Shown in pieces: positions 29,005 to 37,492 of a stretch of DNA of 56,801 bases. The notes under the pieces were generated by a model. That model was given only the letters and a program-made list of their open reading frames with translations, searched no databases and was not told the DNA's origin. This DNA is from Cyanobacteria bacterium P01_A01_bin.123 (GTDB lineage Bacteria > Cyanobacteriota > Cyanobacteriia > Phormidesmidales > Phormidesmidaceae): the NCBI GenBank assembly GCA_039815185.1, contig JBCBZT010000048.1:1-56801 (forward strand), given 5' to 3'. Position 1 is the first letter of the stretch; every line of letters begins with the position of its first letter. The translations under genes were made by a program, and so were the position numbers.

Positions 29005-32000
29005 TTGAGCAGGGCACGATACATTTCCTGGGTGGTCGGGCTGGGATCTATCCCGAGTTCTTCTCGCAGAATGCTCATGCACTGCTGATAAATCTGGAGA
29101 GCCATAGCGCGATCGCCCAGCCGGTTACAAAGCTGCATCAGTTGTTGATAGGTCGGTTCTCTCAACGGATCAAGACGCAGCAGTTGTTCGGCATACGGTA
29201 ACGCGGTTTGATATTTTCCCGCTTGGTTCAGGGTTTCAACTAACTGTGCTAAAGCCTGTATAAATCGCTGATGTAAGGTTTCTCGAACCGGGAGTATCCA
29301 CTCATCATCAAGTGAGGGTAGCAACCCTCCCGTATAAAGCGCAACCGCTTGCTCTAACTGTTGTCTTGCCGTAGTGGTATCTGAACTGGTTTCTGCAGCG
29401 GTAAGCGATTGTTCAAATGTGGCGACATCTAGCCAGAAGGGTGAGCTCGTCTGCCATCCGAGCATGTTGGTATTGACCTGGAGATAATCATCAGCGTTGG
29501 GCAAATGACGGCGCAAATTATGGAGTTCTTTGCGGAGATTGGTGCGGCCTTGCCCATCTGGAGAGTCAGGCCAGAGTGAGTGAGCGATTTGCTGACGCGA
29601 TTGAGATGTATGTCGATAGGTCAGAAGATAAGCCAATAACGATTGGGTGCGGCTGGATCCAAGACTGTGGATAGCCTGGTGGTTATAGGTCAAACTCAAA
29701 TTCCCAAACAGTCGAATCACCAGGGGCGGATTGGCGGATACTGACAGACTGGAGACATGACTGGGAAGCGCAGCGTCTTCAGAGCTGGAAGGTGCTGCGG
29801 CTTTGGAATCGGTTGGCTGGAATGGCCCAAAGTTATCAGGCTGATGAGCAGACGTTGTGACGGCTCCTAATGCTTTCAGGTTTAGCTGCTGGGCTTCGGT
29901 GAGTCCCCTGACATCGGTGATGTTCATCCCTTCATAGGGACGTTGGGGGTGCATGACTTTGAGGCAGTTTCCTGCGATCGCATCCCAAAGCCGAATCGTT
30001 TCGTCAGAACCACCACTGGCAATGGTTCTGCCATCTGGACTTAAGGCCATGTGCCAAATCAGATTGGTGTGACCTGCGAGGGTATGGAGGCACTGACCGT
30101 CACTGACACGCCAAATGCGAACCGTTTGGTCGTGCGAACTGCTGATCAGAGTCTGCCCGTTGGGTCGCCAGGCCAAGGCCCAAACCGAATTTTGATGGCC
30201 TTTTAGGGTTTGCAGCAGGTTGCCCGTGGGTATCTCCCACAATTTGATATCGCCGTTGGTGCTGCCAGTGGCTAAGGTTTTGCCGTCGGGGCTAAACGCC
30301 ATCTGCCAGACCCAGTTATCTGGATCGTGAAGCACCTTTAGGCAACCGCCGGTTTCAGGTTGCCAAAGTCTTAAGGTTTGATCATAGCTGCCACTGGCAA
30401 GTAGCTGTCCGTTTGGGCTCCAGGCGATGGTGCGGACAAAGTTTTGATGTCCGGCGAGAACATTAAGGCAACGCCCCGTCTCAACATCCCAAAGTCTGAC
30501 CGTCTGGTCGTGGGAGGCACTGGCTAAAATTGCCGCCGTGGGATGCCAGGCAATTCCCCAGATGGTGCCCTGATGACCTTTCAACACAGCATCAACTTGT
30601 TTTGTGATCAGACTCCAAAGCCGAATCGTCTGATCATCGCCGCTGCTGGCTAGGATTTGGCCATTATTGCTCCAGGCGATCGCCCAGATGGGTTGAGTAT
30701 GACCTGCCAGTGCCATCAAGCATTTGCCGGTGCGAGTATCCCATAACCGGACTAGGCGATCGTGGCCGCCACTCGCGAGGCGTTGATCGGTGGGGTGCCA
30801 TGCCAAGGCTTGAATGGCATTACGGTATCCCTGCAAAATCTTGAGCGAGGCATCAGCCCGAGCACTCCACAGGCGCACGGTTTGGTCAAAAGAACCGCTG
30901 GCTAGGACTTCGGTATCATCTTGCGGCTGATTGGTTTGGAATTCTGATAACGTATCGGACTGCATCCGGCGAGCGGGCTGCCACTGCACCGCACGCACTG
31001 CATTTTGATGGGCTTGCAGAATGCGCAGGCACCGTCCTGTCTGAGGATCCCACAATCGAATGCTTTGGTCATCACCACCGCTGGCGAGGGCTTGACCATC
31101 GGCACTCCAGGAAACACTCCAAATACATTTTTGATGCCCCTGTAGGGTTTGCAGACACTCTCCGGTTAGACTATCCCAAATAAAAATGCTGCCATCCTTG
31201 GTTCCACTTGCGAGTTGTTGCCCATCTGGACTCCAGGCGATCGCAAAGATAGCATCCCCTACGTCGATCACTCGCAAACACTCCCCGCTAGAGACCTTCC
31301 ATACTTTGAGGGTTTGGTCAGCGCTGCCTGTTGCTAAGACGTCGGTGTTCCCATCTGCTGGGTAGGGACACCAAGCCAGCGCCGATGTTTTATTGGTGTG
31401 TGCTGCTATTGTCTTGATGCAGTTACCCGTTTCGGGGTTCCAGAGGCGAATAGCCCCATCTACACTGCTACTTGCGATCAGCTTTTGATCTGGGCTCCAC
31501 CCCACAGCTCGCACCCGACTGTCGGGACAGTCTAGGGTGCGTAAATGCTGGCCTGTCCGTGCGTCCCAAAGTTTAAGCGTGCCGTGCTCATCGTCGCAAC
31601 CGCTTGCCAGGATTTGACCGTCAGGGCTAAAGGCTAGCGACCAAACCCAGTTATTGTGCCCCTGCAAAGTAAGACAGGGCTGATCTAAATTGCCAACCCG
31701 CCATAGCCAAATCTGACCGCTGGTATCAGCAGCAGCCAAGAGCTGGGCATCGGAACTAAAGGTAACGGCAAGAACACTACCAAAGGTTTGAGTAAACGCA
31801 GCATCGACAAAGGCGGCACCCGCGAAATTGACTTGATGTAGGGTGAGATTTTGCAGATAGGCATGGTGGAGCGACAAGTTGGAGAAATTCATCCCGGCCA
31901 TGTCCATTTCAAGATCGAGGCACAGGTTTAGCAAGTTGCCCGCACCATAGCCAGAAAACGAGTTTTGTGATTGTCGCAACCCGGTTAAAATCCGCAACAC

Positions 32001-33506
32001 TTGCTGCTCAAGGACGGCCTGAGTCTCAAACGTTTTAGCGAATTGGTTGGCAATCGGCTTTAGAATCAGGCGCCTTTGGCTCAGGCGAATATAGTCTTTG
32101 ACCGTGGTTTTGATCAGCGCGTGATGTAGAAATAAAGCCAGATTTGCCGTATTCAGCTCTTCAACAACCTGCTGGATGAACTGAGCTGTGACATATTCCA
32201 TCACGACAGGCTGCTGAGTGTAGCGTCCGCCCTGTTTTTCAATCAGCGATCGCCAACTCAGCGACTCTAGGCTCTCTAACACTTGCATCCGCGACACCGA
32301 CGGCTGAATGTCGTCCACGAGTTCTGTAATAGAAGTCCATTCGCGGTTGATCGCGAGCCAAATCATGACCGTCTGTTCAAGTGCTGTTATGCGTGCAAAC
32401 TGCTGATCAAGCAACCGCTGCAATCCATTAAATACCAACGTATCTTCAGCGAGGAATAAGGTAATATCGCCGTCAAAAAGGCTTTGAATTGAGGTGGCCA
32501 CAATCTTAAGTGCCAGTGGACTATGGCCATAGCGATCGCCCAATTGCTGCTTTTCTGCCGCTGTGCCCATTAATCCTTTCGCATCCAGCAAGGTTTGGGC
32601 AGCTTCCGGCGAGCCTAAGAGCTGGAGCGATCGCACGGGTAACGCTATCCCTTCTAATGCACCCACAATGGCCGGTTTCTCGCGGCTAGTGAGTACCACA
32701 CAGCTTTGGTGGCGCGTCTCAGCCACGAGTTTCAGCAGGTCTCCATACTCGTCATAGTCCATGCGGAAGTAGCCCGCGCGATCGCCCCCCTGCAAAAGAG
32801 TTTCCAGATTGTCCAGAATCAATAGGCAGCGAGACTGTCGCAACCAGTGGAGCAATCGTTTTGGCGTGGCCTCAGTCTCTTGCTGATCCGAAACAAATGA
32901 CACGATCTCTGTCAATAATTCATGGAGTGGCGGGGCATTGCGCAGCGATCGCCAGATGATATGGGTAAACGGACAGCCGACCTGTGTTGTCAAAGCTTCC
33001 ACAAATTTCGCCGTCAGGGCAGTTTTGCCAATTCCCCCCATGCCTAACACGGCTACCAATCGACAGCATTGACTTTGCGGCGCTGCCGGCACCTCATTCG
33101 CCACCCACTGTCCAAGGGTTGCGATCTCCTGCGCTCGGCCAAAGAAAACAGAGACATCAGGGGCTTCGCCCCAGTCGGTTTGAGGGCAGGGTGCAGAAGC
33201 GGGGGCAGTGGGTAGGGGGGGATGAGGGGCGGGTCGTAACGGGGTGCGCCCCTGCTGTTCTATTGCAGCCCGAAAGCTGGTTTTGCTGACCTTTGCACCC
33301 AAGGCTTGGCTGAGGTGTTTCCAAAACCTGGGTCCGACGATGCGGGTGAGATAGCTGGTGGCATAGCCTGATTCTGTAGCAATGACCTCATAGGTTTTCC
33401 CGTGCCAGGCTCCTTTAAACAGCGCTAGCTCCACATCGTTCAATTGCCTGCCAAATTTGGCAGACATCGAATCATTAACAAGTTTGAGGACGGTCTCAAG
33501 GTCCAT
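29001..33506 (-). CDS. STAND-type regulator 2: N-terminal HTH, NB-ARC, WD40 repeats, C-terminal SARP (wHTH+BTAD)
   Basis: Paralog of 22157-26725; start MDLETVLK by alignment with MDFKTALK; GMGGIGKT, ILDNLE, WD40 array, IRLFGNL...QSLLAYLL, DPLRE, ELGIDPSP. Confidence 0.92.
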   Translation of the reverse strand: MDLETVLKLVNDSMSAKFGRQLNDVELALFKGAWHGKTYEVIATESGYATSYLTRIVGPRFWKHLSQALGAKVSKTSFRAAIEQQGRTPLRPAPHPPLPTAPASAPCPQTDWGEAPDVSVFFGRAQEIATLGQWVANEVPAAPQSQCCRLVAVLGMGGIGKTALTAKFVEALTTQVGCPFTHIIWRSLRNAPPLHELLTEIVSFVSDQQETEATPKRLLHWLRQSRCLLILDNLETLLQGGDRAGYFRMDYDEYGDLLKLVAETRHQSCVVLTSREKPAIVGALEGIALPVRSLQLLGSPEAAQTLLDAKGLMGTAAEKQQLGDRYGHSPLALKIVATSIQSLFDGDITLFLAEDTLVFNGLQRLLDQQFARITALEQTVMIWLAINREWTSITELVDDIQPSVSRMQVLESLESLSWRSLIEKQGGRYTQQPVVMEYVTAQFIQQVVEELNTANLALFLHHALIKTTVKDYIRLSQRRLILKPIANQFAKTFETQAVLEQQVLRILTGLRQSQNSFSGYGAGNLLNLCLDLEMDMAGMNFSNLSLHHAYLQNLTLHQVNFAGAAFVDAAFTQTFGSVLAVTFSSDAQLLAAADTSGQIWLWRVGNLDQPCLTLQGHNNWVWSLAFSPDGQILASGCDDEHGTLKLWDARTGQHLRTLDCPDSRVRAVGWSPDQKLIASSSVDGAIRLWNPETGNCIKTIAAHTNKTSALAWCPYPADGNTDVLATGSADQTLKVWKVSSGECLRVIDVGDAIFAIAWSPDGQQLASGTKDGSIFIWDSLTGECLQTLQGHQKCIWSVSWSADGQALASGGDDQSIRLWDPQTGRCLRILQAHQNAVRAVQWQPARRMQSDTLSEFQTNQPQDDTEVLASGSFDQTVRLWSARADASLKILQGYRNAIQALAWHPTDQRLASGGHDRLVRLWDTRTGKCLMALAGHTQPIWAIAWSNNGQILASSGDDQTIRLWSLITKQVDAVLKGHQGTIWGIAWHPTAAILASASHDQTVRLWDVETGRCLNVLAGHQNFVRTIAWSPNGQLLASGSYDQTLRLWQPETGGCLKVLHDPDNWVWQMAFSPDGKTLATGSTNGDIKLWEIPTGNLLQTLKGHQNSVWALAWRPNGQTLISSSHDQTVRIWRVSDGQCLHTLAGHTNLIWHMALSPDGRTIASGGSDETIRLWDAIAGNCLKVMHPQRPYEGMNITDVRGLTEAQQLNLKALGAVTTSAHQPDNFGPFQPTDSKAAAPSSSEDAALPSHVSSLSVSANPPLVIRLFGNLSLTYNHQAIHSLGSSRTQSLLAYLLTYRHTSQSRQQIAHSLWPDSPDGQGRTNLRKELHNLRRHLPNADDYLQVNTNMLGWQTSSPFWLDVATFEQSLTAAETSSDTTTARQQLEQAVALYTGGLLPSLDDEWILPVRETLHQRFIQALAQLVETLNQAGKYQTALPYAEQLLRLDPLREPTYQQLMQLCNRLGDRAMALQIYQQCMSILREELGIDPSPTTQEMYRALLN

Positions 33507-33558
33507 TCTCTTTGAGGCTAAAGGGATACAAGGATTGAGAGGGAGCTGACACAAGTCC

Positions 33559-33584
33559 TACCTGAGATTATATGAGGTTTGTCA
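33559..33584 (-). promoter_or_regulatory. conserved promoter block of STAND-SARP gene 2
   Basis: Minus strand contains TATAAT; 20/26 identical to 26778-26803. Confidence 0.6.
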
Positions 33585-33607
33585 TAGGTGAGGCGGTTGT
33601 CTCCAAT

Positions 33608-33662
33608 TAGTGAGTTTTTATGTAACGACAGTCACAAAATCCTCCGTTAGCGTTGGAAGTGT
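33608..33662 (+). promoter_or_regulatory. conserved 55-bp promoter/operator block, copy 2 (upstream of CMD gene)
   Basis: 40/55 ungapped identity with 26984-27038; contains -10-like TAGCGT. Confidence 0.7.
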
Positions 33663-33757
33663 TCGCAGGATAAATCCTCAACATAAGGGATTAAAACCTG
33701 TTGTTTTCCGATGCTGACTTAGTTTTTGTTCAGAACTTTAATTAGGAGTAAATAGCC

Positions 33758-34237
33758 ATGACTGCAATCCAACCTTGCGGTAACCCTTGTTCACGTGAAA
33801 TTGTTCAGGAAAAGATCAAAAAAGCGCTTTGCGGTGGTGTCCCGGGTTTGTTTTCCGATCGCGACCCCCAAAAAACAATGCCCGATAGCGTCTTGAATTT
33901 TGAATGGGAACTGTTCAGACACTTTGAATTGGCCCCTGTGGTTGAAGCGGATTATCCAGCGCCCAATCCAGTGATTCCCCTTAAGTATCGCCAGTTGATG
34001 GGAATTGCCATCCACGCTGAAACGAAGTGTAAATTCTGTGCGCCCTTTCATATTGCCCTGGCGAAGGTGTTTGGTGCGACTGATGCAGAAATTCAAGAAG
34101 CTGCGAACTATGCCAAGCACAGCGTTGGCATCAGTGCTTATCTCAACGGACTCGACTTCGATTTAGATGAATTTTTGAAAGAACTGGATGGGCTGGTCGC
34201 CTGCTTAAAAACCAAGATTCCACGCACTGGAGTTTAG
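33758..34237 (+). CDS. carboxymuconolactone decarboxylase / AhpD-like protein
   Basis: IPLKYRQLMGIAIHAETKCKFCAPFH..LAK..GATDAEIQEA (CxxC..H); RBS AGGAG. Confidence 0.88.
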   Translation: MTAIQPCGNPCSREIVQEKIKKALCGGVPGLFSDRDPQKTMPDSVLNFEWELFRHFELAPVVEADYPAPNPVIPLKYRQLMGIAIHAETKCKFCAPFHIALAKVFGATDAEIQEAANYAKHSVGISAYLNGLDFDLDEFLKELDGLVACLKTKIPRTGV

Positions 34238-34315
34238 GTCTTTTAGCCGCTATCGACGGCTCAGCCAAGGGTGAGATCGCAATTCCTATCTTGTGATACT
34301 CACGACAGTTTCACT

Positions 34316-34346
34316 GTCATGTCACTGCAAATTGCAGTGACATGAC
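34316..34346. promoter_or_regulatory. perfect 15-bp inverted repeat upstream of the repeat-protein gene
   Basis: GTCATGTCACTGCAA-A-TTGCAGTGACATGAC. Confidence 0.7.
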
Positions 34347-34397
34347 GACAATTTTGACTGCAAAGAACTACCGCTCATTGAGCAAGGAGATATCTCT

Positions 34398-34955
34398 ATG
34401 AAACGCCTCTTTTTTCTGCTCACCAGCACTTGTCTCATCACCCCATTACTGACCGCTGCAACAACAGCTAGCGCTAAAACCCAACTCCTGAACACCAATC
34501 TTGCCCACACAGGTGATGTTGTATCTGGGCTGCTACAACCTGTATTCCCGATCGTGATCGACTCGAACATCATTACCTATAACGGTGACTCTCTGACGGG
34601 GCAAGGTTCAAGCTCATTCTCAAAGGCACGACTTGCGACCGACTCGGACATCATTACCGTGAACGGTGCCTCCCTGACTGGTCAACGCTCCAGCCCATCC
34701 CCAAAGGGACTATCACTTAACGGCATCTCCCTAGAGGGGCAAACCGAGTCTAAAGGGCTGAGATTTCAAGGTACTGCTTTGGATGGCCAAACTGAGTCTA
34801 AGGGCTTCACGCTCAATTCGACGTCTCTAGACGGTCAAAGGATTGAGCCAAAGGGGGCAAGGATTCAAGGTACTGCTTTGGACGGCCAAACCGAGTTCAA
34901 TGGCTTCACCATCAACTCAACGTCTCTAGACGGTCAAAGCGCGATCGCTCAATAG
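34398..34955 (+). CDS. secreted protein with seven [NQ][GS]x[SA]LxGQ repeats
   Basis: RBS AAGGAG; signal peptide MKRLFFLL...ASA; repeats NGDSLTGQ, NGASLTGQ, NGISLEGQ, QGTALDGQ x2, NSTSLDGQ x2. Confidence 0.85.
   Translation: MKRLFFLLTSTCLITPLLTAATTASAKTQLLNTNLAHTGDVVSGLLQPVFPIVIDSNIITYNGDSLTGQGSSSFSKARLATDSDIITVNGASLTGQRSSPSPKGLSLNGISLEGQTESKGLRFQGTALDGQTESKGFTLNSTSLDGQRIEPKGARIQGTALDGQTEFNGFTINSTSLDGQSAIAQ
34560..34938 (+). repeat. coding tandem repeats (81-nt pair, then 48/51-nt units forming a 99-nt higher-order repeat)
   Basis: GACTCG.ACATCATTACC twice 81 nt apart; TTCAAGGTACTGCTTTGGA and ACGTCTCTAGACGGTCAAAG each twice 99 nt apart. Confidence 0.85.
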
Positions 34956-35069
34956 ATGCGAGTCTGCGCCAGCAGCGTGTCAAAGATCCGCGCTGAAACT
35001 CCCCAGGGACGGGAAATCTCTCGTCCCTGGACCAAACCTTTGCATTCAATTCATATCCCAGCGATTGCC

Positions 35070-35819
35070 ATGCAACACCACACGATTGAGTTACTGCTGC
35101 TAATTAGCGGTTGCAGCGTAGCGCTGACTGCCTTGCCCGCTCAAACCCAGCCTTCAACGGCCTTTGAAATTGGCACTACTCTCACGACTTCAAACGTTCA
35201 GGGTAACGCTCGCACGATCAAAATTCTTGATGCTGACGTTGTCTTAAATGCTTCTGGTTATGAAACGGTGCTCCATACCGTTGCCTACCAGAACTCAGAA
35301 CAGCTGTGGCAACCCCTATGCAATCCCAATGTTGAGGAAGACACCCGTGCGGTTGCCCTTCCTGGCCAGTGGGACAGCACTGGTTCGTACCTTGACAACA
35401 ATGAAATCACCTTTGCCTGCACCAGTGGCGTCATCGGGAAATGTGTTTTATGGGGCTACCATCCCCAACAAACAGTCGAGGGCTACTCGTTACAAGACTT
35501 GCACCAAGCCTGTACCCGCATGGCCCGCGCCGATTACTGCGGTGATGGTGTCAGCCATACTCGCGACGGCACTGAAATCGATATATACGATCGCCTCTCC
35601 ATTCAGATGCCCACTACCCACAGCGCCATGGCCTTTGAAGCGGCTTGGGGCCCCGACGGTGCAGTGTGGATCAGCCGCACCCGTTGGCCAGAGGCGATCA
35701 CCTATGTACACGCAAACTGCCCAGAACGCCTGCAAGCTGAGGGTTTAAGCCCAGAAGAAATCCAAGCTCGATTGCCCAACGCCCTGATTTTCAACGATTC
35801 CTTTGTGCGTTCTCGTTAG
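35070..35819 (+). CDS. secreted ADYC domain protein
   Basis: FACTSGVIGKCVLWGY.P, HQACTRMARADYCGDG.SHT.DGT.ID.YD, FEAAWGPDGA; signal-like N-terminus from ATG 35070. Confidence 0.85.
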   Translation: MQHHTIELLLLISGCSVALTALPAQTQPSTAFEIGTTLTTSNVQGNARTIKILDADVVLNASGYETVLHTVAYQNSEQLWQPLCNPNVEEDTRAVALPGQWDSTGSYLDNNEITFACTSGVIGKCVLWGYHPQQTVEGYSLQDLHQACTRMARADYCGDGVSHTRDGTEIDIYDRLSIQMPTTHSAMAFEAAWGPDGAVWISRTRWPEAITYVHANCPERLQAEGLSPEEIQARLPNALIFNDSFVRSR

Positions 35820-35884
35820 CCAGGGCAGGGTTCAGCAATACCCAATATTCACTCATACCAAACCTTCATTCAAGGAAAATCACA

Positions 35885-36109
35885 ATGATAAATAAAGTCA
35901 TGCAAGCTGTATTGATCGCGATCGCGATCGCAGCAACAGTGCATCGAACCCAAACGGCCCGAGCCGTTGCCTTGATTCATCCCGCTTGTGCGATCGCAGA
36001 ATACCCCCAAGAGGCGCAAGATGATGATACTCAAACCGGCAATGCATCACCGAACGACCCCTTCACCTGTCAAGACGATGATTGGGAAAAGATTCAGTAC
36101 GAAGATTAG
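35885..36109 (+). CDS. small putatively secreted acidic protein
   Basis: RBS AAGGA; hydrophobic N-terminus ending ARA; two Cys; acidic tail. Confidence 0.55.
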   Translation: MINKVMQAVLIAIAIAATVHRTQTARAVALIHPACAIAEYPQEAQDDDTQTGNASPNDPFTCQDDDWEKIQYED

Positions 36110-36689
36110 TCGTGTTGTCAAAATACTCATCTGTCATGCGAAACAGCCATCGTACCGAGCATCTATAGTGCTGGCCAGCTTGCTTAATGCACCGAGTATC
36201 GCTGTGGTGCTGAGTCTACAGGCAATCTGGCTTGCAGTCTTGCCCTAACCGGATTGGCGACTGCTATATCTAGAGCATCATTATACTTCAAGAGGCTAAG
36301 CGAGACCAAAAAGTCTCATTGTGAGTCTACAAGCGTATTTAATAAGTCTTAAAACGAGACAAACAGATTCCAGCCCTATTCCAGCACTGTTTGGATCAAC
36401 CTTTTTTCTTTCCCCTGCTCCCTGTTGCCCCCTGCTTGTCCTAATACATAGCGCTACTAACCGAACAGTATTGACCCTCTTCCCGTATTTCAGGCCAAAG
36501 AATCGATTAATGGCTTTGGCTGATTGTTAGGATGGCTGAATAGAATGGATTGAATTTGTGAGTGTTTGAACGCCAACGATAGTGGTGGCCCTTGGTTCGG
36601 TCTATGAATATCGCGCCTCGGGACTAATGTATTGTCTTAGGCATGTCTGTATGACTGTTTGGATATCGCTAAACATCGAGGAAACCAAC

Positions 36690-37433
36690 ATGAAAAAGTT
36701 AGCTCACTGGAGCGCCCGAATTACCCTAGTGACCACAGCGATAGCCAGTGCTTTGGGTATGACTGGAATACAGGCTTTTGCTTTAACAGAAGAAGAGGTC
36801 TTGCAGAAGCTAGCCCCGGTAACCGTATTCACCGTAACGAATGCTGAAGGGGCACCGCTGGTGGTCTCCGTTCCGATTGAAGAAGGTGAGCCTCTGGAAG
36901 TTGCTGGGGCCTTTATGAGTCAAGGGGATGCTGAAGCATTTGTGGCAAGACTACAGGAAGAGAATCCTGAGTTGAATGATCAGGTGCAGGTCATGCCTGC
37001 CTCCTTGGCAGAGGTCTATCAATTAGACTTCCAGTTTGAGGGAGAAGCTGACGACATTGATTTCATCTTTATTCCGGTAGAGGAGCAGGCGCAAACTGCA
37101 CAAACGTTACTGGAGTCAGATCAAGAGTTGCAAGGGGTACCCATGTTTGTGGCTCGCGGGGGTGAGCAAGGTGGATATTTGACGATTGAACGGGATGGCG
37201 AACAAGCTGTTCCTTTCTTTTTTGAATATGAGCAGGTGCAGCAAATTGCTAATGATTTTCAAGCGGCGAATCCAGAGCAGGCAGATACGGTGGAGATTCA
37301 AGTGGTGCCATTAGAAGGGGTGATTAATACCCTACGAACGCAGGATGAACCTGGTCTTGAGAGTATTGTTTTGATACCGAGCCGAGAAGGGCTGGAGTAT
37401 TTACAGCAGTTGAGACAGCAACAGCAACCCTAG
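36690..37433 (+). CDS. Tic22 family periplasmic protein (copy 1)
   Basis: Signal peptide ending AFA; L.EEEVLQKL.PV.VF.VTN..GAPL, GVPMF, YLTI, VPFFF, IQVV.LE.VI..L; start at ATG 36690 with RBS GAGG. Confidence 0.85.
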   Translation: MKKLAHWSARITLVTTAIASALGMTGIQAFALTEEEVLQKLAPVTVFTVTNAEGAPLVVSVPIEEGEPLEVAGAFMSQGDAEAFVARLQEENPELNDQVQVMPASLAEVYQLDFQFEGEADDIDFIFIPVEEQAQTAQTLLESDQELQGVPMFVARGGEQGGYLTIERDGEQAVPFFFEYEQVQQIANDFQAANPEQADTVEIQVVPLEGVINTLRTQDEPGLESIVLIPSREGLEYLQQLRQQQQP

Positions 37434-37492
37434 CTTTAACTGCTAAGAAACTTTTATTACCGTCATAGCCCATTTTGGTTTACCAAAATGGG

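Noticed and set aside
33198..33246. G-rich tract with G-quadruplex potential
   Set aside because: Explained by Pro-rich linker codons on the coding strand
34956..35069. Readthrough fusion of repeat protein and ADYC (ATG directly follows TAG, in frame)
   Set aside because: In-frame adjacency is real, but the intervening 38 codons look non-coding and ADYC has its own signal-like N-terminus from 35070; not supportable without homolog comparison
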